From contig WGNN01000024.1 of the NCBI GenBank assembly GCA_016124515.1, positions 1-56,963 of the forward strand: a stretch of DNA of 56,963 bases, in the 5' to 3' direction. A program made the position numbers and the translations under genes. The notes beneath the pieces are model-generated. The model ran no database searches. It saw only the letters and a program-made list of their open reading frames with translations, and was not told the origin of the DNA. The stretch is from a bacterium (lineage in GTDB: Bacteria > Bacteroidota > Bacteroidia > CAILMK01 > JACPUW01). This document shows, in pieces, positions 8,451 to 16,969 of this stretch (the first letter of the stretch is position 1; every line of letters starts with the position of its first letter).

Positions 8451-9152
8451 ATGGAATCAAAAAAATCAAAAAACAAACAAGTGGAACGCTATGCCGGTCT
8501 GTTGTTTGATGCCGGACTTGTACTGGCACTATCGCTCACCCTCATGGCTTTTAAGCTAAATGTGAAGCCATATGAGTTTGACCTACCCGAACCCGCGGAA
8601 ATTGAAGAGCCAATTGATCTTGTAGTTCCCGCAACAAAAGAGGCAGAACCCGAGCCGCAAACACCCAAAAAAATGACCAAAGAGCCCTTGGTTGTTCCAC
8701 CAGTCTTTATCCTGAAACCGGTGGATGGTGAACCCCTTGACACCAACCGCTTGCAGGTGATGGACGACAACATGTTTATGGACAACATTGATGACCCGAT
8801 GGCTAATGAGTTTGCCCCTGAGCCAACCAAAAATCCTTGGGAGCTGAGTAAAATGCCTGAATTTCCGGGAGGTTTCAGCGCCCTTGCCGATTTTTTACGA
8901 AGCAATCTTCAGTTTCCCCGCTACGAAAACGAGTTGGGAATCAGCGGCAAAGTGACCCTGAAAATCATGGTGAACAAAAAAGGTGAAGTGACCAATATTG
9001 AGGTTTTCCAAGGCTCTACCGAAAACTTCAACAAAGAAGCCTTGCGGGTGGCTAATAAAATTCCCAATTGGGAACCCGGTATTTTCAATGGCCGCAAAGT
9101 TTCTTGTTGGTTTTACCTGCCCATTTCTTTCAAGAGCACCAACGGATTTTAA
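8451..9152 (+). CDS. Energy transducer TonB-family protein (C-terminal TonB domain)
   Basis: N-terminal TM anchor, a Pro/Glu-rich linker (PEPAEIEEP...EAEPEPQTPKK) and a TonB_C domain (PEFPGGFSALADFLRSNLQFP...GISGKVTLKIMVNKKGEV...GRKVSCWFYLPISF). ATG at 8451; the track start at 8418 is TTG. Confidence 0.85.
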   Translation: MESKKSKNKQVERYAGLLFDAGLVLALSLTLMAFKLNVKPYEFDLPEPAEIEEPIDLVVPATKEAEPEPQTPKKMTKEPLVVPPVFILKPVDGEPLDTNRLQVMDDNMFMDNIDDPMANEFAPEPTKNPWELSKMPEFPGGFSALADFLRSNLQFPRYENELGISGKVTLKIMVNKKGEVTNIEVFQGSTENFNKEALRVANKIPNWEPGIFNGRKVSCWFYLPISFKSTNGF

Positions 9153-9202
9153 TCGGGTAAGTTCAAAAATGAAATAGAACAACAATCAGGTTATATTTCG
9201 TT

Positions 9203-9235
9203 ACCGCCACTTGCACAAGCGAATGGCGGTTTTTG
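9203..9235 (+). terminator. Rho-independent terminator after the TonB-family gene
   Basis: 7-bp stem ACCGCCA (9203-9209) / TGGCGGT (9224-9230), followed by TTTTGGTTTG. Confidence 0.55.
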
Positions 9236-9365
9236 GTTTGGTGCATGCTGAACCAATTAATCCCTATAACTGACACCCCATACAGGCATCAATACCATTG
9301 ATACATACAGTTTGCAAATTCAAATTAACATGAGCTTTTTTGAACCCAAATTAAAACGTAAACTC

Positions 9366-10565
9366 ATGAATTTGAAATTTTTACTTACCATTTCATTAGT
9401 ACTTGCTTTATTCACCCCAAAAATTCACGCACAGGTTACGGTGGATAAATCAAACTTTCCGATACCTGCTGCGGGCCTGTACGCGAATATTTATTTTGCA
9501 TCAAATACCTCCAATTATTCAAAACCAACTGAAGGTGCCAATCAAACATGGGACTATACCGGCATAGCTCCCAGAGGCAGGAATATTTTAGTTTATAGAA
9601 AAACTGAAAACAATTCTGATTTCCCTGAATCTTATAACCATGCGAGTCAAATCAATCCGTTTAGTTCATTTAGAATCAGAAATACCTGGCATTATGCTTT
9701 TGATAATAAGGGCTACTATGGATTAGGAAAACACCAGCACGATACGGCTTATTCATTGGCCGGTGTTACAGGTAATGCGTCAGACAAAATAGAGTTTGAC
9801 GACAAAATAATTCTCTACAAAGGCAGGGTTGACTACGTTCCTTTGCCCATGAAGTTTGGGTCAAAATGGGAAGCTACAAGGGTATTAAACAGCCCGGCAA
9901 AGCTAACCATAGCAGCGTATGGACTCAATCAAACAGAGGGTGTACAAAGATCAAGAAGAACCGTTACGCAAGAAGTTGTTGGTTGGGGCAAGCTTAAAAT
10001 GGACGATGCCAATGGTAACCCAGGTGAAGAAATGGATGTATTGCTATTAAAAACCACAGTACTAATTACTGACAGTATATTTCTTGCCGGCAACCCGGCT
10101 CCAAAAGCACTATTGGATGCATTTGGTGTGGTACAAGGTCAGCAAACAAAACAGGAGACCTATGAGTTTTTCAGGGCCGATTTCGGGGAACACCTTCTTG
10201 AAATTGACGTTGACCCTGACACAAAAAATGTTACGGAACTTAAATACAACCCAACCGGCGTACCAATTTCTACATCAATGGCAACAGCCCCGTCAAACTC
10301 CGGTTTTGATTTATATCCAAACCCAATAGTTGCCGGACAAATGGCCAACTTTATCTTTAAAAACATGCAAGGTGGAAATTACCAACTAATCATAAGATCG
10401 ATGGATGGAAAAGCTGTAGTTAATGAGTCGTTCAAAATAAATGGGGAAATCATGAATATCTCAATACCAATTCCGTCCATGCTTGGGTCAGGAATATACT
10501 ATTACCAATTAACAGACAGTGGTAAACGCACATTAACTAATGGAAAATTGAGCATTATTCAGTAG
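9366..10565 (+). CDS. Uncharacterised secreted protein with T9SS type-A CTD (paralogue P1 of 39610..40641 and 40655..41731)
   Basis: Signal peptide MNLKFLLTISLVLALFTPKIHAQ (alternative ATG at 9330). The C-terminus FDLYPNPIVAGQ...YQLIIRSMDGKAV...GIYYYQLTD...GKLSIIQ fits Por_Secre_tail. It shares the motifs G[WYF]G.[LIV].[MI], [DE]V[LI][LR][LI][KR] and [YW]EF[FY] with the two paralogues. Confidence 0.8.
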   Translation: MNLKFLLTISLVLALFTPKIHAQVTVDKSNFPIPAAGLYANIYFASNTSNYSKPTEGANQTWDYTGIAPRGRNILVYRKTENNSDFPESYNHASQINPFSSFRIRNTWHYAFDNKGYYGLGKHQHDTAYSLAGVTGNASDKIEFDDKIILYKGRVDYVPLPMKFGSKWEATRVLNSPAKLTIAAYGLNQTEGVQRSRRTVTQEVVGWGKLKMDDANGNPGEEMDVLLLKTTVLITDSIFLAGNPAPKALLDAFGVVQGQQTKQETYEFFRADFGEHLLEIDVDPDTKNVTELKYNPTGVPISTSMATAPSNSGFDLYPNPIVAGQMANFIFKNMQGGNYQLIIRSMDGKAVVNESFKINGEIMNISIPIPSMLGSGIYYYQLTDSGKRTLTNGKLSIIQ

Positions 10566-10585
10566 AACTTAGGTTCAAAAATGCA

Positions 10586-10618
10586 GTACCCCTTTTCCAT
10601 AAAGGGGTACTTTTATTT
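10586..10618 (+). terminator. Strong rho-independent terminator between P1 and the kinase gene
   Basis: Perfect 10-bp stem GTACCCCTTT (10586-10595) / AAAGGGGTAC (10601-10610) with loop TCCAT, followed by TTTTATTT. Confidence 0.8.
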
Positions 10619-10623
10619 CCATT

Positions 10624-12729
10624 ATGCTTACTTTTTCAGCAAATAAACCGGATAATATGACAAGGTGCATTGCAGTTATGATGTTGCTAATCAACACGTT
10701 TTCATTGTCAGCTACTAATAATGCCCGGACATCGACTAATATAGACCGGTCTTCCACACACTCAAATACACTTGCAACTTATCTTCAATTGTCAGAATCA
10801 TTTCTGAATCGCAACCTTGATTCTTCATTCTTTTGGATAAAAAAAGCCCTGCAAATAAGGGAACATGGAGTTTGGCCAGAAACCCTTTCCACAACAGCAC
10901 ATAAGGTTATGATTAAATTGGAAGAAGCAGAACATGGCTTTGAATGGCTTGAGATTGCAGAGTTAATTCTGAAAGAAAAAGAATTTATAACAAACAAAGC
11001 CATAGTTTATGACACCTACTTTTATGCAGGCACAGGCAACCTATTCAGCGGAAATTTTGCCAAATCAAGAAAAGTCTTTAAACAGGGCCTTAGAAGCCTT
11101 GATAGCTTAAATGACACCGCATACGATCGACTAAGGGTAAATATTATGGAAAAAATGGGCGTTTGGTATGGTATGCAAAATGACATTGTGAATGCACTGA
11201 ATTGGTTTATTAGGGCAGACAGCCTGGTTGAAGAATTGGAAGACCCGGCATTGGGCGTATTAGTTTCTATGGACATTGGAAGTATGCTGATGTGGATAGA
11301 GTCGTATCCTGATGCTCTCGAACGCTTTGCTATTGCCGAAGAATATAATAAAAACTCACATATCGGAGATGAAAATGCGATAGTAGATAACATGGCAACT
11401 TGTTATAAGGAAATGAAAAATTATGATAAAGCAAGGGAGTATATTAATCGCGGCAGAACAATTGCATTGGCAGCAAACAACACCTATAGTTTGGCATTTT
11501 CATATATGAATGAAGCCCATATCGATTATGATGAAAAAAAGATTGCATCATCAATTCTGAAATTCAATAAAGCAGATTCACTGTTCTCTATTATCGGCGA
11601 TACCTTTTCCATTATGATGTGCAAATCAGCATGGCTATGGCCGGCGATTGAAGCGGGGGAAGATTACCAGAAAATTATGAGAGTATCAGAAGAAATTCTG
11701 CATTATAGCGCCAACATGAAAGAGACCAACGAATACCTTTGGGCTCTAAAAGCTCGTGCCAAATTATATTTTCTTCTGGGAAATTATCAACACGCATATA
11801 TTGACCTGGATTCATTTGAAAACATCAACTATCGCCAACTTAAAGAAAGCTATAGTATAAAACAAGCTGTTCAATCAACTTTGTTAAAAACCACTCTTCT
11901 GAAAAGACAAATTGAAGAACAAAGGCAATTGGCTGAATTGATTAAGGAAAAAGCAGAAAGAAAAAATATTATCATCTACATTACCAGCACATGCGGAATT
12001 ATTCTCCTCATTGCCCTTTTGTTGTATTACCGACTTGCCACCAGGCTGCACGAATCGCGCGAAATGATAGCTGAACAAAACCGGGTACTCGAAAAGAAAG
12101 ATTTGAAAAATGCTGATTTAATGAAAGAACTACATCACCGGGTAAAAAACAATCTTCAAATTGTATCAAGCTTGCTTAACCTTCAAAGCAGCAAAGTGAG
12201 TGACCAATTAGCAAAATCTGCTTTTACAGAGGGTAGAAACAGAGTAGATGCAATGGCAATGATTCACCGCTATTTGTATATGAATGACGAATTGACAAGC
12301 GTTGACATCAGGCCATATTTGGAACGTCTTAGCGAATCGGTTGCGTACTCTTACGGGTTTCACAAAGGACAATTACGTCTGGATTACGAGCTGGATTCAG
12401 TGTCTCTCGACGTGGATATTGCCATACCTCTAGGATTAATTGCTAATGAATTATTGAGCAATGCATTTAAATATGCCTACATCAAAAATCCCAACCCACA
12501 ATTGTCCATGCGCCTTAAGGTGGCTGATACTATTCAATTCAGCATAAGCGACAATGGACCGGGAATGGATAAACACCTCCTTGAAGGAAAAAGTAATTCG
12601 TTTGGCATGGAACTCATTCAATCACTTACAAATCAACTACATGGCAGCATTCATTACGAGAACAAAGCAGGGAGTACATTTACATTATATATTCCAATAG
12701 ACCCTTTAAAAAATAAAACCACAGAATGA
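10624..12729 (+). CDS. Sensor histidine kinase with an extracytoplasmic TPR domain (HisKA_2 type)
   Basis: Signal-like N-terminus, a ~400-aa TPR-like region, a single TM segment (IIIYITSTCGIILLIALLLYY) and a coiled coil. H-box LHHRVKNNLQIVSSLL (HisKA_2), N-box ELLSNAFKYA and G-boxes DNGPGM and GMELIQSL. Confidence 0.9.
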   Translation: MLTFSANKPDNMTRCIAVMMLLINTFSLSATNNARTSTNIDRSSTHSNTLATYLQLSESFLNRNLDSSFFWIKKALQIREHGVWPETLSTTAHKVMIKLEEAEHGFEWLEIAELILKEKEFITNKAIVYDTYFYAGTGNLFSGNFAKSRKVFKQGLRSLDSLNDTAYDRLRVNIMEKMGVWYGMQNDIVNALNWFIRADSLVEELEDPALGVLVSMDIGSMLMWIESYPDALERFAIAEEYNKNSHIGDENAIVDNMATCYKEMKNYDKAREYINRGRTIALAANNTYSLAFSYMNEAHIDYDEKKIASSILKFNKADSLFSIIGDTFSIMMCKSAWLWPAIEAGEDYQKIMRVSEEILHYSANMKETNEYLWALKARAKLYFLLGNYQHAYIDLDSFENINYRQLKESYSIKQAVQSTLLKTTLLKRQIEEQRQLAELIKEKAERKNIIIYITSTCGIILLIALLLYYRLATRLHESREMIAEQNRVLEKKDLKNADLMKELHHRVKNNLQIVSSLLNLQSSKVSDQLAKSAFTEGRNRVDAMAMIHRYLYMNDELTSVDIRPYLERLSESVAYSYGFHKGQLRLDYELDSVSLDVDIAIPLGLIANELLSNAFKYAYIKNPNPQLSMRLKVADTIQFSISDNGPGMDKHLLEGKSNSFGMELIQSLTNQLHGSIHYENKAGSTFTLYIPIDPLKNKTTE

Positions 12730-13436
12730 AAATCGTAATTCTGGAAGACGAATCGATAGTAGTACACGATCTAAAGCTAAGACTACAACAAATGGGCTAT
12801 GAGGTAGTTGCAGCATTTGACAATGGCAAAGATTTATTAGCTTATAGTAAGGACAACGATTTTGACCTCTATTTAGTAGATATCAATATCAAAGGCGACA
12901 TAAATGGCGTTGCAACAGTAAAGCAGCTTCTTAAAATTCGCAACATACCGGTAATTTACCTCACAGCCCAAGCAGACAACGACAGCTTTGAAAAGGCAAA
13001 AGAGACCAAGCCTGCTGCGTATTTGCTAAAGCCCTATAATGATTTTGATCTTCGCTCAAGCATAGAATTGGCCATTGAAAACTTCAATACACAAACAAAT
13101 AAGCAAGAGGAGTTATTTGTAGTACAAGACAAGATATTTATCAGGCATTTGGATCGATATGAAAGGGTAATTTTATCTGACATTCAATATATAGAAGCAT
13201 CTGGCAACTATACTGAAATTATAACCAAGAATAATAAATATTTGGTGGTAAACCAACTGGGCAAATTTGAACCTGTCCTCAACGAACCATTCTTCTACCG
13301 TTGCCACCGCTCATTTATTGTGAACCTGCACGCCGTAGATGGATTTGATGATAGCCACTTGTATATTGGCAACAAACAGATTCCCATTTCAAGAAACCAT
13401 AAAAAGGAGTTTCTGGATCGCTTACGCGTAATTTAA
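12726..13436 (+). CDS. LytTR-family two-component response regulator
   Basis: Receiver domain (ILEDE, phospho-acceptor in YLVDINIKGD, YLLKP) plus a C-terminal LytTR DNA-binding domain (IQYIEASGNYTEI...FYRCHRSFIVN). ATGA overlap with the kinase stop. Confidence 0.9.
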   Translation: MKIVILEDESIVVHDLKLRLQQMGYEVVAAFDNGKDLLAYSKDNDFDLYLVDINIKGDINGVATVKQLLKIRNIPVIYLTAQADNDSFEKAKETKPAAYLLKPYNDFDLRSSIELAIENFNTQTNKQEELFVVQDKIFIRHLDRYERVILSDIQYIEASGNYTEIITKNNKYLVVNQLGKFEPVLNEPFFYRCHRSFIVNLHAVDGFDDSHLYIGNKQIPISRNHKKEFLDRLRVI

Positions 13437-13659
13437 GGTTAAGACCAAATCAAAATTATTTTTCGCCTTTTAGTTTTAAAAACGCCACACTGTTCAATTA
13501 GCTCAAAAGTTGGTACATTACTATTAACCTAAACATCCACCTAAAAAATTCAATCCTTTTTGGTTATGTTTGTTCACAAGTGAATGGCTTTTACTGCAAA
13601 AAAGAAATAACAGAAAAATGCCAAAACAGCGAACAAATACGACATGAACTGCTAATCAA

Positions 13660-14406
13660 ATGGATAACTGGTTAATATTGGCATCCTTTACCTATCCCCA
13701 CGAAGAGCATCTGGCTAAAAGCAAACTCCATTCAGAGGGTATTGAAGTCTTAATAAAAGATGAACTTACAGTGCAAGTCTATAATTTTTACTCAAATGCA
13801 ATTGGTGGGGTTAAGCTTCAGGTAAGAGCATCGGATTTTGAACGCGCGCATCAAATTCTTGTTGACTCCGGCTACATTCATGAAAAAAAGTCGGCCCCGA
13901 GTAGATTTTGGCTTCAGTTTGATAATTACACCAGAAAAATCCCATTGCTTGATAAATTATTAGTTGAATTGAGACTATTGGTATTGGTTGCTCTTACCTT
14001 GTTATGTATAACAATCCCTATTGTGATGCAGTCAATGCCAAGTACCTTAAATAAACTTTTAGGCAATTATTGGTGCATCGATAAAATATATTACCGCGGA
14101 CAAGTATTTCGCCCATATTCATTGGGAGTAAGGTTTCAAATACACTTGGACAACTGTGATGAAACGATGAATTTTGAAGAAGATGGAATGGCTTACTTTC
14201 CCGGTATTAATTCAAATAAAGTAGAAGCCCGATGGAAGTTAATTGATGACCAACTCATTATTTTTCCCGATTCCAACACTACATCCAATACAGGACCAAA
14301 TTATTATGGTACCTATTCGCTTAGCATTGAAAATGGCTCAATTAAAATGCAATCCGACAGTATGGCAATATTAGGTTTCGTTTACAGAATAAGACATCTA
14401 TTCTAA
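13660..14406 (+). CDS. DUF2007-like (putative signal-transducing) domain membrane protein
   Basis: The N-terminal ~70 aa (WLILASFTYPHEEHLAKSKLHSEGIEVLIKDE...GGVKLQVRASDFERAHQIL) fit the DUF2007 fold pattern. This is followed by one TM segment and a ~120-aa C-terminal domain I do not recognise. Confidence 0.7.
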   Translation: MDNWLILASFTYPHEEHLAKSKLHSEGIEVLIKDELTVQVYNFYSNAIGGVKLQVRASDFERAHQILVDSGYIHEKKSAPSRFWLQFDNYTRKIPLLDKLLVELRLLVLVALTLLCITIPIVMQSMPSTLNKLLGNYWCIDKIYYRGQVFRPYSLGVRFQIHLDNCDETMNFEEDGMAYFPGINSNKVEARWKLIDDQLIIFPDSNTTSNTGPNYYGTYSLSIENGSIKMQSDSMAILGFVYRIRHLF

Positions 14407-14588
14407 TGAAAGCCAAAGAAAACATAATTAACTGCCCACAATGCGGATCGGTGAATGTGGCACAAAAAAAGCAACCCGGTTATGCTGTTATGCTTTCATT
14501 ATTACTGCTGGGTTTACCCCTACCCATATTCAAAAAGCGATATTTCTGCTTTGACTGTAGAAATGAATGGAAAATCCATGACAAGTAA
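14406..14588 (+). CDS. Small membrane protein with a split zinc ribbon (CxxC...CxxC)
   Basis: 60 aa. CPQCGS and CFDCRN flank a hydrophobic segment (YAVMLSLLLLGLPLPIF). The start overlaps the upstream stop (TAATG). A short ORF, so only moderately supported. Confidence 0.5.
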   Translation: MKAKENIINCPQCGSVNVAQKKQPGYAVMLSLLLLGLPLPIFKKRYFCFDCRNEWKIHDK

Positions 14589-14849
14589 GCTATGATGTCA
14601 ACAATTGGATTTTAAGCGCCAAGCTCCCGCCGAGTGCGCACATGCATTCCGGAAACGCTGATGATGGGCAATTAAACATTGAAAAATGCCAATTGAAAAT
14701 TGGATCGGAGTTCCTGGTTTTGTGTTACCGGATTATTGGTTCTTCCTTGTGACCTTCCCAAAATAACCTTGACCGTTTTGTTTGTTTCATAGGGCGATGC
14801 CCCATGCCGGGTAGTGCCGCCCCTTTGGGGCTCATTGGGATTTGAAACT

Positions 14850-15165
14850 CACGAAGTGAGCCGCGTAATTCTCCAATCAGCACTCCTGAACTAATAGGTG
14901 ATTAGTGATAGGTGATGGGTGATGAACAAACTGACTATTTCGTTATTTCAACTCAAAAAGATAGCGGCTCCTTTGCGCTCGTTGCGTTACAAAAAATGAG
15001 AATCCAGAACTCTCGAAGTGAGCCTCGTAATTCTCCCAATTTGCAAATCAGCACAGAAAGCCTATTTCGAAAAAGCGAAGCGGCAATGAAGTCCCTCATT
15101 TTCAAATCTCCAAATTTTCAAATCTTCAAATTACCACATCATCGCATCAGCACATCAACAAGTTA
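14850..15165 (-). repeat. Inverted copy of the mosaic repeat family seen at 1-716
   Basis: 14875-14960 is the reverse complement of the 3' two-thirds of module A (AATCAGCACTCCTGAA.TAATAGGTGAT.AGTGATAGGTGATGGGTGATGAACAAACTGA..ATTTCGT.ATTTCAACTCAAAAG). 15095-15163 is the reverse complement of module B (CATTTTCAAATCT.CAAAT.TTCAAAT...CATCATCGCATCAGCA). CTCACGAAGTGAG and CTCGAAGTGAG hairpin modules are also present. Track ORF 14912..15166 is repeat-derived. Confidence 0.85.
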
Positions 15166-15232
15166 AATCTTGTAAAGCCCTTGCAACTATTTGCACTCAG
15201 ATTGAATCATTAAGGCCCAAACAAAATTCACG

Positions 15233-15544
15233 ATGACCCGCATTATCACCTCCCTCCTGCTTGCTTTGTTTTTACTCATGGCTGTTACGGTTCCGGCATC
15301 CGCCACGGGCGACCTTACCATAACGCATGCCGAACTTGAAGACAAGGTGGTGATAAAACTGGAAGGCATTGAAACCGATGGCTGGCGTTTGCGAATTTTC
15401 ACGAATCAGGGCAAACTCATTGAAAACAAGTTACTTTCGCCGCATACCACCAGCTACGAAATGCTGCACCCCGACAAAGGCATGTATTGGCTGAGTCTTA
15501 AAAATGGCGATCAAACCACCTTCAAACTCATCAACATTCAATAG
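15233..15544 (+). CDS. Small secreted protein: signal peptide plus a T9SS-CTD-like domain only
   Basis: 103 aa. Signal peptide MTRIITSLLLALFLLMAVTVPASA. The remaining ~79 aa (VVIKLEGIETDGWRLRIFTNQGKLIENKLL...GMYWLSLKNGDQTTFKLINIQ) follow the Por_Secre_tail pattern, and there is no cargo domain. Confidence 0.6.
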   Translation: MTRIITSLLLALFLLMAVTVPASATGDLTITHAELEDKVVIKLEGIETDGWRLRIFTNQGKLIENKLLSPHTTSYEMLHPDKGMYWLSLKNGDQTTFKLINIQ

Positions 15545-15547
15545 GAA

Positions 15548-16969
15548 TCAATTGGCTAAATCGGTCATGATTTTTTCAAGCTCATTGCGCATCTCGCCCG
15601 CCGAACAACTGTAGCCATTCGCAATAATGGAAAATGCCACCATGTGTCCGTTTCCTGCTCTTACATAGCCACAGTAGCTCCGCACTTTTTCTATGTAGCC
15701 ACTTTTTGCCATCAGGTTCTTCTCAGCCTTTGTGCCTTTAAACATACCGGCTATTGAACCCGAAACACCCGCCACCGGCAGGGTAGATTTGAATTGAGCA
15801 AATTGCGGCGATTTGGATGCGTATTTCAATAGCTCCACCATTTGCCTGGTGCTTATGCCGTTGAAGCGCGACAATCCGGAGCCATCATACAAATTGGCGG
15901 TTGACAGGTCAACACCCCGCTCCTTCCAGAATTCTCTTACCACCTCAATTCCTTTTTCGCGCGACCAATAGCCGGTTTTGTGCCGTGCAATTGCCTTGAG
16001 CAAACCTTCGGCAAACAGGTTGTTGCTCTCCATATTGGTCACTTCTACTATCTGTAGCAAGGTAGGTGAAAGCACTTCGCTCACCAATGCCGTGTAGTTT
16101 CCGCTGTATGAATCTACTATGGATACCGCCGCCGGAGCAATGTCAATTCCGGCCTCGCGCAACTGTGCCACAAAGCACTGCATGCCCCAAAGTTCGGGTT
16201 CGGGTACCGATGCTTTTATGGTAAACTCATTGCGGTTGGCTGGTATTTCGCCGCGGATTAAACGATTGTATTGCCGTGGCGCGCCATAAACGTAGGCATT
16301 GTCATACCCAATATTGGCTGCCATTACCTGGTTTTCAAATTGCAATTCGGCTACAGGAGGCTCCATGCGCAAAATGCGGGTTGGGGTTCCGGCTGCTCCT
16401 GAGCTAAAGGTGATAAAGGTGGTATTGTCGCTCCAGTTGAAAGGTGCCAAAGAAGCGCCGTAGTAGTTGCCCAAATCATCAAAACTCCAGTTGTTGGGTA
16501 TTCTTTCTGCTTCAAATCCATTGAGATTGAGCAGCACCTTACCCTCAATTTTCTTCACCCCCAATTCCAGCAGTTTTGCGGCTATTTCATCAAAAGGATT
16601 GGTGTGTTTGAAATACCTGGAACCCAAGGTAAAATCGCCCGCAGCGTCTATTAGCAAATCGCCTTTTAAACTTCCGTTTTCAATAAGGCCATTGTACGAA
16701 AAACGCGTGCGAAAAGGTACAGCATCAGCTCCCATGAGTTCCAGCGCAGTGAGTGTGGTGAGCACTTTTAGCGTAGAGGCGGGCGCCATGTTTAAACTTG
16801 AATTGTATGCACATACGCCTTTGTCTCCATCCAAATCATAGGCATAAAAAGCCAGACTTGCCTCGCTGTGGCGGCGGGCAGTTGCCTCTACCAAAGCAGC
16901 AATTGACACATCTGATTTGAATGAAAAAACGACAACAAGCAATGTTGCCGCGGCTATTATTTTTTTCAT
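15548..16969 (-). CDS. dacB: D-alanyl-D-alanine carboxypeptidase/endopeptidase (PBP4, peptidase S13)
   Basis: SxxK active-site motif in PASTLKVLTT. PBP4-family length and layout, C-terminal KSG motif (AKSGYI) and a signal peptide. Confidence 0.85.
   Translation of the reverse strand: MKKIIAAATLLVVVFSFKSDVSIAALVEATARRHSEASLAFYAYDLDGDKGVCAYNSSLNMAPASTLKVLTTLTALELMGADAVPFRTRFSYNGLIENGSLKGDLLIDAAGDFTLGSRYFKHTNPFDEIAAKLLELGVKKIEGKVLLNLNGFEAERIPNNWSFDDLGNYYGASLAPFNWSDNTTFITFSSGAAGTPTRILRMEPPVAELQFENQVMAANIGYDNAYVYGAPRQYNRLIRGEIPANRNEFTIKASVPEPELWGMQCFVAQLREAGIDIAPAAVSIVDSYSGNYTALVSEVLSPTLLQIVEVTNMESNNLFAEGLLKAIARHKTGYWSREKGIEVVREFWKERGVDLSTANLYDGSGLSRFNGISTRQMVELLKYASKSPQFAQFKSTLPVAGVSGSIAGMFKGTKAEKNLMAKSGYIEKVRSYCGYVRAGNGHMVAFSIIANGYSCSAGEMRNELEKIMTDLAN

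Noticed and set aside
14912-15166. 84-aa ORF in the 14589-15232 non-coding stretch
   Set aside because: It is the reverse-orientation repeat modules read through. It has a GTG start and no independent coding signal.
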